A stretch of DNA of 64,000 bases, taken from the NCBI RefSeq assembly GCF_001194135.2, contig NC_068989.1, positions 95,757,239 to 95,821,238 on the forward strand, given 5' to 3'. Source of the stretch: Octopus bimaculoides (taxonomy: Eukaryota). The first letter of the stretch is position 1. The number at the start of each line of letters is the position of its first letter. A program made the translations under genes and the position numbers. Shown here piece after piece: positions 13,561 to 26,345 of this stretch. The notes under the pieces are model-generated. The model was not told the origin of the DNA, searched no databases, and saw only the letters and a program-made list of their open reading frames with translations.

Positions 13561-13789
13561 GGTTTTAGGACATAAATTCTGTTGCAGTGGATGTGGTTTC
13601 ATGAGTACAGCAATGTGCTAAATATCTCAGAAGACTCATACCCAAGTACACCAGCTTGTTCTTCACTAAATACTTTTCTTGCAGTTGCCTGACTCTGTAA
13701 ATAGCATCCATGTTGCTTCTCCCCAGGACAAAGCCAAACTGTATTTCATCTAATCTAATTCTGTTCCTAATTAACTGGGCTGTCTACTA

Positions 13790-13900
13790 AATCCACTTAT
13801 AAGGCGTTGGTGATCCTGGAAAGTACTTCATAGTGGGACTGAACCTGAAACCATGTGGCTGGGAAGTAAACTTCTTAACCATAAAGCCATACCTGTGCCT
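13790..13900 (-). mobile_element. SINE head fragment
   Basis: gtgggactgaacctgaaaccatgtggctgggaagtaaacttcttaacc is the reverse complement of the SINE head at 12314 and 30012. Confidence 0.7.
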
Positions 13901-14067
13901 CTAATTTATACATTTTGGTTACAGGGCTTGCAAAAACTTTTGCCTAATTTTATTTACATTTTTGCTCTTGGATACCTCTCTTTTAAGTTTTATTATATTT
14001 AACTGACATATAAAAATAGGATTTCATCATCATCATCATCATCATCGTTTAACGTCCGCTTTCCATG

Positions 14068-14644
14068 NNNNNNNNNNNNNNNNNNNNNNNNNNNNNNNNN
14101 NNNNNNNNNNNNNNNNNNNNNNNNNNNNNNNNNNNNNNNNNNNNNNNNNNNNNNNNNNNNNNNNNNNNNNNNNNNNNNNNNNNNNNNNNNNNNNNNNNNN
14201 NNNNNNNNNNNNNNNNNNNNNNNNNNNNNNNNNNNNNNNNNNNNNNNNNNNNNNNNNNNNNNNNNNNNNNNNNNNNNNNNNNNNNNNNNNNNNNNNNNNN
14301 NNNNNNNNNNNNNNNNNNNNNNNNNNNNNNNNNNNNNNNNNNNNNNNNNNNNNNNNNNNNNNNNNNNNNNNNNNNNNNNNNNNNNNNNNNNNNNNNNNNN
14401 NNNNNNNNNNNNNNNNNNNNNNNNNNNNNNNNNNNNNNNNNNNNNNNNNNNNNNNNNNNNNNNNNNNNNNNNNNNNNNNNNNNNNNNNNNNNNNNNNNNN
14501 NNNNNNNNNNNNNNNNNNNNNNNNNNNNNNNNNNNNNNNNNNNNNNNNNNNNNNNNNNNNNNNNNNNNNNNNNNNNNNNNNNNNNNNNNNNNNNNNNNNN
14601 NNNNNNNNNNNNNNNNNNNNNNNNNNNNNNNNNNNNNNNNNNNN
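14068..14644. other. Assembly gap (other gaps: 14787-14796, 18694-19069, 39789-39910, 41162-41706, 47820-48330, 61822-61922)
   Basis: Runs of N. Confidence 1.
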
Positions 14645-14700
14645 TTATCTATATTAAGTAACTCATTATTGATATAGCTATGTGATTTTAACAAAGAAAA

Positions 14701-14883
14701 TACAAGAGTGTCGAAGATACAAGAGTGTCGAAGATACAAGAGTGTCGAAGATACAAGAGTGTCGAAGATACAAGAGTGTCGAAGATNNNNNNNNNNTCGA
14801 AGATACAAGAGTGTCGAAGATACAAGAGTGTCGAAGATACAAGAGTGTCGAAGATACAAGAGTGTCGAAGATACAAGAGTGTC
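14701..14883. repeat. Perfect 17-bp tandem minisatellite (TACAAGAGTGTCGAAGA)n
   Basis: About 5 identical copies on each side of a 10-N gap. Confidence 0.97.
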
Positions 14884-17557
14884 TTCAAAAGTTTGTAAAA
14901 TTGATTAAGCCTGTGTATGAATTCTAAAACTGTGGCTAGTGATCAACTTTGGAAGAGAAACTTAATGAATTTTATTAACAGTTACATTGTTAACACAAAC
15001 CAATAGCATGTCCAGATTTTCATCCTATTTTTCTCAATGAATTATTATAATTTTTAACAGCTGTGTAACATTGATTTCTAAATTTAAGTAAAAGTCCACA
15101 CCATTTCTGGAGACAGTAAATTCCAATATTTGACTGGTATTGCTTCCCCACCACGTACTATGGATGAAAAGTAGGGAATCGAACTCAGAACATAAGGGGA
15201 TGTAACTAAATATTGCATGGTATTTTGTCAATCACTTTATTGATTTTGTCAATGTAATATTATTTTGCCTTGGGCCCTTCTCATGAAGCTGAGACACTGC
15301 TGTGAAATTCCAAATCTGACCACAGCCAATTTCCTCCATAAAGAGAGAGAAAGAAATAGAGAGAGAGAGAAAGAGTGGTAAAAGAATTGACTCCTGTCAA
15401 GGACTGACTGATACTTTATCGGTCAGTCTCCAGAAGAAAGGCAAGGTTGACCTCAGAGTGCAGAGAGCCAGAATGAATAACACAAGACAAGCTAGCCGAT
15501 GCTCTAACAACTCAGCCATTTAATGTAATAATATCAAGCATCAGTGTGTCTAAGAATATTGTTCTGAACTAGCTGGTTTAGTGCAATATTGTTTAAGATA
15601 TAACTGCAAATAGTTGAAATTTAAAGTACATTTATCAGTACTAATTGGAAGGTTTAGATCCAATATCCATTTATAAGAAATCGAATTAAATAATGAAACA
15701 ATAAAAAAAAATCTCATATACCCTCCAATGAGAAATGTATTTGATATTTCTGAGAAAAAAACCATCAAAACATATATTTTCGTCTTTATTGATTGCAATA
15801 GATTTTAATAACTTGACTTCTTTATTTAGAAACAGTTTTATAACTATGAGATACAAAAAGAGAATAGAATAATGAAAAGTATGCTCAACAAGAGATTTAT
15901 AAAAGGGAGAGACAGAATAACAGAATGAGAGAGAAAGGAGACAGTAAGAGAGAGAGAGAGAGAGCGATAGAGTGATAAGATAGTGACAGAGAGTGCTATG
16001 AGAAGGACAAATTTATGGGTAAGAGCAAGTGCTGAGAAAGTGACAGAAAGAAGTTGGGGGGGGGGAGAAAAAGAGTTGCCACTGATATTAGATTCAGATA
16101 TAGCACATTAACCAGAATGAGGCATATAAATAGTTTTGGTTATCTTAAATGTACCACATTTACTTTTGGGGCAGTTTAGGTTTTTCTGAATATGAAATAA
16201 ACTGATACAGTTTATTTCATACTTAGACTATGACAAGACTATAAATGGCCAAGTTAAGAAGGTATTATGCAATCAGCCCAGAGTTCAATAGATTGAACCT
16301 GTCCCCTAGTACATTTCTTGAGCAAGACACATAGGTGTCAATAATGAGAGGCTATCTAGTAGTAAATAGGCACAACAAGAAACAAGTAGCTGCAGTAAGT
16401 GATTTTGTTTATCTTGAAATATTGATATCAATTGTTGCTTTTTATGTTGTAACTTAGAAAGGGATGAACTCTGCAAAACTATCAACCCCTAGATTCATTA
16501 CATGTATTCTTCAGTGTCAGTCACTAAAAGCCTGATGGGTTGGATCCACCAAATACCCTTTCACTGGATAACACTACACAGGACCTTGGGCAATTGTATC
16601 TTACCATAGACTCAGATTAACCAAAGCATTCTTAGTAAAATCTAGGAAACAAACTGTATGGAATTTGTCAGAGGAGCTGTTCTTGTTCCTGGGTGGTAGG
16701 ACTTAATTTTCCACCCTAAAAAATCAATATGGTGGCCAACGTGCACCTTAAGTAGAGTCCACTCTGTTCCCTGCTGCAAGTATTCAGACCAAGTCTCTAG
16801 TTTGTGGATGAATTGGTCTTCATCCACCTACCACTCTAAGAGGCTTTGAAAAGGTTGACACAGAAAGCTCTTCCAACTCTGACTAAATGATAAGAGGAAA
16901 GAGTACGAGGTGTCATCCATCTTAATGAAGCACAGAAATACTATTATTTACAGGCTTGTAATTTGACCATCATTTTCTCTTGTAAAAAAAAAAGTCTATT
17001 GCAACAGTAGTTAGCTTTGACATTTAGAATATTGCTAGCAGTATTTATAAAGGAACAAAAAGTATTGCATTTCATTCAGATAGCAGAGGTTTTTGTTCAG
17101 AGAGCATATAGACAATTCTCACATTTTAGGTTTTTAACTTCTCTTACAAGTATTTTATATATTTAAATTACTATTTACTTCTTAGCAAACATTAACAAAA
17201 TAGAGCAGTCATTATTATAGCAACAATTCATGGAAACAGCAATTTTTCAAAATGTTAAAAATCAAATTACAGAAGTGATAATTTAAAAGACTAATTTTCG
17301 CAAGCAAAACATGAATACTAAATATGATATTGTTCTTTTTAACAGAAAAATTAAAATAAAATACTTTCGTGGTAATTTAGCTATGTATTATTACTTCATA
17401 GTGCCAAAGTTGATCTTTCAAGGGATATAACTGGTGTGAAAAGGAGTATCTATATAAGCAAAGCTGTCTAGTTTAGAGCATAATCAATCTCCAAGTAAAT
17501 CCAGGGAACATTTTTATTTATTACCACATACCTTTTTCTTTTCTTTTTTTTGTTGTT

Positions 17558-17579
17558 GTACTTATTTGCGGTACATATT

Positions 17580-17612
<33 letters not shown>

Positions 17613-17662
17613 GGCCCCTACGCAAGGATGAAATGCAAATTCATGAAGCATTCCATATTTTT
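17558..17662 (+). pseudogene. U6: U6 snRNA copy (probable retro-pseudogene)
   Basis: From 17573 the sequence matches canonical U6 at 83/89 positions by my alignment. ACAGAGA and AGC are intact and the copy ends in TTTTT. Three of the six changes are CpG transitions, and the 5' stem-loop is damaged. Confidence 0.95.
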
Positions 17663-17664
17663 CT

Positions 17665-17724
17665 GCTTATGGCCATATCACATTGAAAGCAATGGTTCTC
17701 GTTTGATCACCTAAGTTAAGCAAC
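17665..17724 (+). pseudogene. 5S: 5S rRNA fragment, nt 1-60
   Basis: gcttatggccatatcacattgaaagcaatggttctcgtttgatcacctaagttaagcaac aligns without gaps to the 5' half of metazoan 5S (41/58 to the human sequence from memory, plus protostome-type GGTTCTCGT..GATCACC and AGTTAAGCAAC). It ends within box A; the IE and box C are absent. Confidence 0.85.
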
Positions 17725-18441
17725 AATGTCAGTGTGCATACACAACAGAGTGTAAGCGCTCGGAGAGAAAAGTTGGACATAAGAAGCATCAGATGTGGTG
17801 TGAAACAGAGATGACTGCACTGGTATGATCATGTATTGCGTATGGATGAGGACAGCTGTGTGAAGAAGTGTCACACCCTAACAGTGGAGGGAACCTGTGG
17901 AAGAGGTAGACCCAGGAAGACCTAAAATGAGGTGGTGAAGCATGACCATCGAAAGTTGGGCCTCACAGAGGCAATGACAAGCGACCAAGACCTTTGGAGA
18001 TATGCTGTGCTTGAGAAGACCCGGCAAGTCAAGTGAGACTGTAGCCATGGCCAATGCCAGGGTGGCATAACTGGCTTGTTTAAAAGTATCCTTCAATTGT
18101 TGGGCTATATGTCATGCTTGAGAAAACCTATTGAATCAAGTGAAATCTTTATCATGGCCGATGCCAGTGCTGCCTGACTGCTCCCATGCTGGTGGCACAT
18201 AAAAAGCACCATTCGAGCATGATCAATTCCAGTGCCGCCTAACTGGCTCCCGTGCCGGTGGCACGTAAAATATACCACGCTACACTTTCGGAGTGGCTGG
18301 CAAGGGCATCCAGCTGTAGAAATCTTGTGAGATCAGATTGGAGTCTGGTGCAGCCTCCTGGCTTGCCGGTCCTCAGTCAAATCGTCAAACCTGTGCCAGC
18401 ATGGAAAGCGGATGTTAAACAATGATGATGATGATGATGAT
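17725..18441 (+). mobile_element. RTE LINE 3' end: C-terminal ORF, 3' UTR and (GAT)n tail
   Basis: A single frame at 17725-18036 gives NVSVHTQQSVSARREKLDIRSIRCGVKQR*LHWYDHVLRM...GTCGRGRPRKT*...LWRYAVLEKTRQVK* (RTE LRWxGHVxRM and GxRxRGRP motifs). Hairpin units and the conserved terminus follow. Confidence 0.92.
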
Positions 18442-18450
18442 ATATATATA

Positions 18451-18650
18451 CTCAATCCAAACATGAACAAGCAAGAAAAAACAACGCGAGGCCGTGGAAT
18501 AAGTACAGTGTTATTGGACGCTCAGGAAAGGAAAGAAAAGAAAGAGGATTTCATGTTTTGAGTGGAGCTCTTCATCAGAAATATAGAAAAAGTCCTAAAA
18601 AGGGAAGATGGAGAAAGAAAAACGCCAACGATACACACATTATATATGTG
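18451..18650 (-). mobile_element. Non-autonomous repeat with a Penelope-like terminal motif
   Basis: The minus strand reads ctgatgaagagctccactcaaaacatg, resembling PLE terminal and hammerhead-type motifs. It is truncated by the N gap. Confidence 0.45.
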
Positions 18651-19069
18651 ATGATGAAAATTATATATATATAAATATATATATGTATGTATANNNNNNN
18701 NNNNNNNNNNNNNNNNNNNNNNNNNNNNNNNNNNNNNNNNNNNNNNNNNNNNNNNNNNNNNNNNNNNNNNNNNNNNNNNNNNNNNNNNNNNNNNNNNNNN
18801 NNNNNNNNNNNNNNNNNNNNNNNNNNNNNNNNNNNNNNNNNNNNNNNNNNNNNNNNNNNNNNNNNNNNNNNNNNNNNNNNNNNNNNNNNNNNNNNNNNNN
18901 NNNNNNNNNNNNNNNNNNNNNNNNNNNNNNNNNNNNNNNNNNNNNNNNNNNNNNNNNNNNNNNNNNNNNNNNNNNNNNNNNNNNNNNNNNNNNNNNNNNN
19001 NNNNNNNNNNNNNNNNNNNNNNNNNNNNNNNNNNNNNNNNNNNNNNNNNNNNNNNNNNNNNNNNNNNNN

Positions 19070-19203
19070 CAAAACTGTACAAATCCAAATATATGGTACC
19101 CTAGGCATAACACCTACATGAACTTCTAACTTGTTGTCTCTTGAGGTCTCTGGGTGAGACTTGGATCCAACTTGTACAAATGCAAAACAAAAGTCAAACA
19201 TAA

Positions 19204-19234
<31 letters not shown>
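19070..19234 (+). mobile_element. Probable non-LTR element 3' end with (AAT)n tail
   Basis: GC-richer segment ending directly in an (aat)n run; family not determined. Confidence 0.4.
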
Positions 19235-19236
<2 letters not shown>

Positions 19237-19599
19237 GAGTCTGACAATGAGTACATCCACAAAATTTATTTTGTAGTCATATACAGCACATTATAATGGC
19301 TTACATATATTTACTCTCTACTATTATTGATATTAATATGCACTCCAGACAATTTTTACTGTCCCGTGAAGAGAACATGGAATTACCCATTGGAAGAATC
19401 CATGGAGTAACGAACAACTACAGGTAGCCACAGACATTAGATAGTGATTGTCATGGTTAGCTGTTAACTGGAGCTTAACTGGAAGCTAATACAGTATCCC
19501 TCTAAACACACACACACACACACAGTAAGCAGATAATATTTTCAACCAAGATATTACAACCATATCTGATTGCTTAATTGCTTCAATTCTGTATAAGTA

Positions 19600-19646
<47 letters not shown>

Positions 19647-21694
19647 ACACTAGATTGCTGACATTTATCAATGGTTTCTCCTACGGTGATGTGCCATTTT
19701 TTACCATTAATAAAACTGCTGGAAATTTTGATGACACGTGTGTGCCAGTATGTCGATAAATATTTAATAGTCTATACAGCTATTCATATAATCATTGATT
19801 TCATTTAATACATGTTTTTTTTTTAAATCTTGAACTTATCAATTTTTGAAATAAGTTTTCGTCACATATTCAATTACAATTTCATACAACTTAGTGTAGT
19901 ACATTATTTGAACTATCAGTTGAATACCTTTATCACTGAAAACAAATTTTGTAATTGCTTAATTAATACAAGCTAAATTTTGATAAGTTTTATTATTTAT
20001 AACAGGAAAATCTTGAGATCTATGGTTGTTATTGGGATCCTGAAGAAACCTTCTTAGCTGTGAGTGCAACAAAAAGGCAACTTATCAAAATATAATAAAA
20101 AAATAAATCTTCAATATTAAAATATGATTCACTTCGCATGTTTATTCGTATTCTTTACATACTTGTACATTTTTAAGAATTAATGAAAAATAATGATAAA
20201 AAAACCAATTAACTCAAATAACTCATAAATAAGGAAATAATGCTAAATAAGTGACTAACACAAAATTAAGAGTTATTTATTTATTTAATCAATTTAGATG
20301 TCTGCTGGTAAGACTAAGGAAGGTATATAGTAACTTTATGCAAAAGAATAAACTACAAAACATAAAAACTAAGAAAAAGAAAACAAAGGGAGAAAGAAGT
20401 ACAGATGATGAGTTAGATATTTCTATTGTTATATATTTTTGTAGTCTCCATGAATTAGAGAACTTATTTGTGACTGGCAGATATTTCAAAATAAATTATC
20501 CTTCTTGCTTTGGTTTTTATGAATATACATACTATGATATATCAATGTGTAATTTATATATGTGAAACAAGAAAATGGTTTCATTCCATTATTATCTTTT
20601 GACAAATGGAGAAAGAAATTCAAATATATTTAACCTTTGTTTAGCATCATGAAGTATTAAATATGACTTATGACCACTACAAGGATACCTTTTAATAATT
20701 CATGGCATGTTATTGCTTCACCGTTCAAACTAATGGATAAGCTGGAAATAGCTTTGAAAAAGTTGAACACAATCAATCACTTAATAATAAATGGATGATT
20801 AATAATAAGCATAATGCTGAATATAGCTCAGCCACAAGCGATGTTTAGCCTATGAATTATAGCTCGTCTAATGACAACTTGAAAATAGAGAGATAATATT
20901 TGGTAGCAATACGACGAAGTAGAAACCCAAGTTAATTCAGAATCTCAATTGGAGTGAGCTAAAATAAAAAAATTGTTGCGATACATTTTTTGCTTTTATT
21001 TTCTATCACCACCACTGTTTCAACATCCACTTTACTATATTAGCATGGGTCAGATGATAACTTTACTAAAACATTTTCTGCAGCTGGATACTCTTCTTAT
21101 AACCAAACTCCACCTGTTTCATTTAAACTAACAAAGAACAAATATCCCAGACATGCTTACACAGAGGACTATAAACAAATAACACTTTTTGTATGAACAT
21201 TGACTTTCTATGCACAATCACAGCACACAAGTCAAGACATGGGGAAAACATAGTCATTCACACACACTGGGGTTTCACCAGTTTCTATCAACTAGGTTTC
21301 ACTCACAAGGCATTGGTAAACCCACAGCAATAATAGATAATCAGTTGACAGTGTCTCTGCAGTAAGAATGAACTATCAACCATATGATTCTGAATCAAAC
21401 TTCTTAAACACATGGTCATGCTGCAGCTTTTAAGTAGTGACAAGTTGTATTCAATATTCACACCAGTTCAAACATAACTAAACCAACACACACAATCAGT
21501 TGTAAACATACCAAGCACATGGATTTGACTAGGGCAGGGAAACAGGGGTGCTATTTAGAAGAAATAACATTATAAAAAAAAGATTATCAACATCGATACT
21601 CTGACTGCCCGTTTAAAGACTGAAATCAAGTTAACCAGTAGGAACTATCCGAAGAGGAAAAGTAATTTGTTTTATCAGTTTGAATTGGGACAAT

Positions 21695-21727
<33 letters not shown>

Positions 21728-22403
21728 TGCACATAAGTCTTAGCACTACAAGTCTTTATACCAAACAAAAAAGTTATCTTAACCAATCAAGAAGCAGAGA
21801 TCAATAAACAAAGTAGCAGGCAAAGTATTGAGGTTGATACAATCAACTAAAACCCTTGAAGGCAGAGGCCCCAGCAGAGCCACAGTCCAAAGACTGAAAC
21901 CGGTAAAAGAATACATAAATAAAATAATAAATCACAGAATGTATAAAATAAGAACATTGATTAGAGTAAATTTTGAATCATAAAAGAAATAGAAACTTTT
22001 TGAAATAAATGTTAACTGGTTATCTGTAAGGTCCTAAACTGTAAAATTTTCACTAAAGACTAGCTGGTGGCTTTTATCTCTTAACTACAAAATTATTTGC
22101 TCATTTTTAGAATTTTACTCCTAGCTATAGCATTCTTCTAATGGAGCATAATGGATGAATACATATTTCAAAGTTAAAATAAGAATAGCACATGTAATTA
22201 CATCTGTAGGAATTGAAATGGTGTATGAACAGCAAGAGAAGGAAAAGAGAAAAACCAGGAAAAATTAAACGAGAGAAAACTGAAGAAATATAAGAGACTA
22301 AGAAAGCAAGGAGGATAAGTTGAAAGAAATAGAAAAGGAAGTGAATGATGCAATCATGTAATAACTCTAATATGAGTTTTGATATTTCCATTATAAACCT
22401 CAA

Positions 22404-22440
<37 letters not shown>

Positions 22441-25400
22441 TAAGCTGTTAAAACAGGAATGGGATAAAGTGAGATAAAATCTATGTAAGAAACGTGGGAA
22501 CAACAGCTTTATATAATGCATTCTGAGGAAGGGACAAGACCCATGGTTTTTAACAGATACAAGTAAAGCTATGCTAAGAGTTTATTTACTGTACATTTTC
22601 TTTACTCTGGTAGTAAAGAAAATATACAAAAATTTTGAACCACAGAAGCAACCAGAAAAATTCTTGGAATATGACAGTAATCTGCTGTAAAAAAAAAAAA
22701 AAAAGACTGTTTAAAAACATTACTCTAAAATTTACATGTAAAATAAAGCTAATATAGAGTATTTAATAAAAAAAGGAATAGAAACTTGAGAAGAAGAATG
22801 TGGTTAAATTATAAGAGACTAAATAATGGTAGAAAATATGAGTTAATGGAATGGAATTTTTGTTTTTAATTGTAATATCAGAAAGGTATTTCATAAATAC
22901 ACAGTCAATTGATTTTTCAAAAATTGTATCCCAATTTTCTTATAGATTATTCAAGTTTTGAAGCAAGCTAAAATAAAGTTAAGTTTGCACAAAGATTTTG
23001 GTGAACTTTTCATAGATTTTTCATAGATTCTTTCACAAATTTAATTAAAATGCCATCTGAGACAAAAGACACAGCTCAAATTATTTGTTAACTCCTATAA
23101 TTTAACATTTTAGAAAGCTGAATTCTTTATGTTATTTAGTCTTGTTTTGTAATCTTCAACTACATTCACAAACATCTTTTAAAAAACATAAAGCTGTAGG
23201 AAGCTGAAGATCAAAACATTTGATTAGAAAGGTCCTATTGTATATTGCTAAAGTAAAATATTGTGTTTCTAGATAATTGAATATATAAAATAAAGACTGT
23301 AAACAATGCATATAAAACTGTTGATCTATTTAAAGAGTATTAAAATGAATATTAAATTTTGTACTGACAGTAATTCTAATAAGAAAATGTAAAAGTTTAT
23401 TGTCTTGAATATAAATAAAGCAATAGCTATTCTTTAACAATATAATTTCTTCTGAAAACAGCTTCAACAAACACAAAATATACAATTCTCCACTCCAACA
23501 TTTAAATGTCATACTAAAGTCAAAACCTGCATGAATTTAAAACTAATTCAATGTGCTACTCTCCTCCCCACACCACCACCACCACCACTACCACCATACT
23601 CATTAAAAGATGATGAATAAAACACCATAATTCAATCAATATTTATTACAAAATTTTATGAGTAACTTAGCTTTGAAGTAAACCAATAGCACTCTATTTA
23701 AAACTGTTGGTCTGGCATGGATGATATCAAAAATTCAACTTTTCTTTTGTTGTTGAACAAATGAGTAAACTATCCTAGAATTTCTAATTACAGCATCTTT
23801 TTGGAATTCCATTTATTTCTGTTAATAAGTATTCAATTGCTAGAAATAACAGCTGTAACAATTATAATACTTTATTGAATATGTGATTAGTGAGGGACTG
23901 CAAAGAATACACTAATTCATCAGAAAGTGGTCTCTAGAGATAAGCAAGTTCAATGTAAATAAAAGCTTTATGAGGTTTGTCCATTGCTATGTGGAGTGCT
24001 TATGTGTAGCTAATAATCAATAACAAGTAATTTTATATCAAGTATCAAATACTTCCTAATTGTTTGATAAAAATTGAAATTTAGACGATGAAATGAAGAC
24101 AAGCCATTAAGTAAACATTTAAATGAAGTCAACAAATAAATAAAATATCAATAAGTAAACAAACATGAAAAACAAGACAATTCTATATTCATTTTTGCAT
24201 CATTAGAAAGATTTTTTTCTTTTCATTTGTTTCGACTTCAATGAGCTTCATTTACTTTTCTAGTGGAATCAGTAAGAACAATATTTAAAGAATATAAAGA
24301 TATACAAAAATTAAATGTACTCATTCACAAGATTCTATTTACATAATAATTAATGATTTCTTACCATGACACAAAGCCAGGAATTTAATGGGAAAGGGAA
24401 CAGCTAATCATATCAGTCCTGATGCATGACTACTTATTTTATGAACCTCGGATAGATGAGAGGAAAAGTCCACCTTGTTGGGATATAAATTCCTGGACAG
24501 AAAGTACTAACACTACATATCATAAGCCATTTGACTATTGCTCCAACAGTTTTGCTAATCCACTGTCCTAATTTACATAATAATTCATAGAAGAGAAGAG
24601 TGCAAAATACAAAATTTGTTTGAATTTTAAGAAATCTCTGCACAGAGATAGTACTGTTTTGATTAGCCATTTCTTTACATAAAAAATTCCTTTGAAGCCT
24701 ATCTAACCTGGCCTATCAGTCTATCTGTTTAACACACATATTTTTACAATATTACTGTTTCTATAAACCTTTCTTAGCAATCTTCAATACTTATATATGT
24801 ATATCTTTCTGCAATAACCCCTGCTGAAATACATTTCTGAAATACTCATTCCACAGAAAATACACTCTTTCACCATATCCTTGACAAAGAAACTTAGGTT
24901 GTGCTCATGTTGTTCAATAACGCTTCCCCCATATTTTTCTATCTGCTTTATTCTTATTCATCTTTCTTCTCAAATGAATTCTATAAAGCAGATACGCAAG
25001 CTCTTTACAACTTAGTGAAAGCAATTCAACTAGGAGAGAGAATCTTCCAGAATAAAATTGATATAGATAGCACAGAGCAGCAGCATCTTTATAAGTGATA
25101 TCAAAATAAAACTTATTCTGTCCCCGTTTTCACAGCAATTGATAATAAAAGATACTTCCTGCAATAAAACTACAGTATTATGAGATTCACCTACATACAA
25201 AATACTGCCAAGAGCATTAAGGGGGAAAATAGGCATTGTAAATATTGTGCATGTTGGTAACAAGTGTAGGCAACCCTAACCATCATCAAATAGTTTCACT
25301 ATCAATTATCATTTCATCAAATTGGTTATTGATCCGTTGATATTTAAGTAGATACAATGAGATATTGAGCAAAACAAGTAATAGAAATACTGATGTAGCT

Positions 25401-25633
25401 GAAGTGTGTTATATGTAGGAAATACAATGGAAAGAGTCTTTCAGTTAAATAGATCACAGAGAAAGAGCATAACTTGAGTAATAATCAATCCTTGTAATAA
25501 AATTTCAGCCTAGTGCTTAAAAGCAGAAGATTTTTAAAACTACATTTGATAAGATACAGGTCTACAACAGGTAAAATTCCCTGGAGATGTGTTGCTTATT
25601 ATTGATGATAGGTGAAACTGAGACATGTCTTAC

Positions 25634-25687
25634 CATTCTGTTACCAAGTACAGAAAGAAAATGTTTTAGTAGATTCTTTATATGAAT
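25634..25687 (-). CDS. Candidate 54-nt exon (phase 0-0)
   Basis: ctaaatgctctgcag|IHIKNLLKHFLSVLGNRM|gtaaga. The splice signals are good, but the exon is short and could arise by chance. Confidence 0.25.
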
Positions 25688-26315
25688 CTGCAGAGCATTT
25701 AGCCTGATTACTTTATTTTGGCTGTTTTGTTTTAACGTGTATAAATTGCTTTAGTAGGATTTGAACTTTGAAGCTAAATGCTATTTGCACACACCTCACT
25801 GGTATCAGGCCATAATAATATTTCAAAAGAGTGAAGAAAGTTATCTGCATCAACACAGATACATGGTCACCAACACTCAGACATGTTCTTTCATCTGAAT
25901 TCAATCCATACAAATATATGCAGTGTCAATTAGTTCAAAAAGACCAGCTTTGTGGAGCTGTCAAGCGTTTGTAGTAATACCAATATGACATGAAAACATT
26001 CAAAATCTAAAGATGCTAATGAGTTTTACATATCACATTTAGTATAGGAATACTAATAAATAGTTAGGCACCGTATGGACAAATGTTTCACTTAATAATA
26101 AGGTCCTGCCTGCAGTCTTGTACAAATGTGATGATTCCTATAGCTCAGCTTGACCCATAACATTTGAGTACAACCAGGTAGATGGAAACTGAATAGAAAC
26201 TCATTATTTGGATTAACCTGTAATTGAAAAGGTAGCTATGTCACACACTTGTAGCGAGACAGGAAAGATCTGTTTTGTTGCTGTGGCATAGTCCAGTTGG
26301 GCTGTGGAAGATTCC

Positions 26316-26345
26316 AGCCAATCAGAGCTGGGGGCATATGAATAA
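26316..26345 (+). promoter_or_regulatory. CCAAT (NF-Y consensus) box plus an octamer-like word in a GC/CpG-richer island
   Basis: AGCCAATCAG at 26316-26325 and catatgaataa at 26335-26345. Motif match only. Confidence 0.2.

Noticed and set aside
14701-14883. CRISPR-like array
   Set aside because: Head-to-tail identical units with no unique spacers, no cas genes and a eukaryotic context. The same applies to the 66-bp array.
13999-14927. Long ORFs in the track here and at 18522-19201, 41096-41997 and 47774-48406
   Set aside because: Artefacts of N gaps and simple repeats.
16642-16827. 61-aa minus-strand ORF (DEDQFIHKLETWSEYL...)
   Set aside because: It runs into a degenerate SINE, has no convincing splice donor and shows no recognisable motif.
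17558-17662. Functional U6 gene
   Set aside because: The 5' stem-loop is damaged, CpG-decay substitutions are present, no clear TATA lies at about -30, and the copy is fused to 5S and RTE.
21696-21730. Z-DNA-prone (TG)n(CG)n tracts (also at 29306)
   Set aside because: Ordinary compound microsatellites, abundant in this genome type, with no functional evidence.
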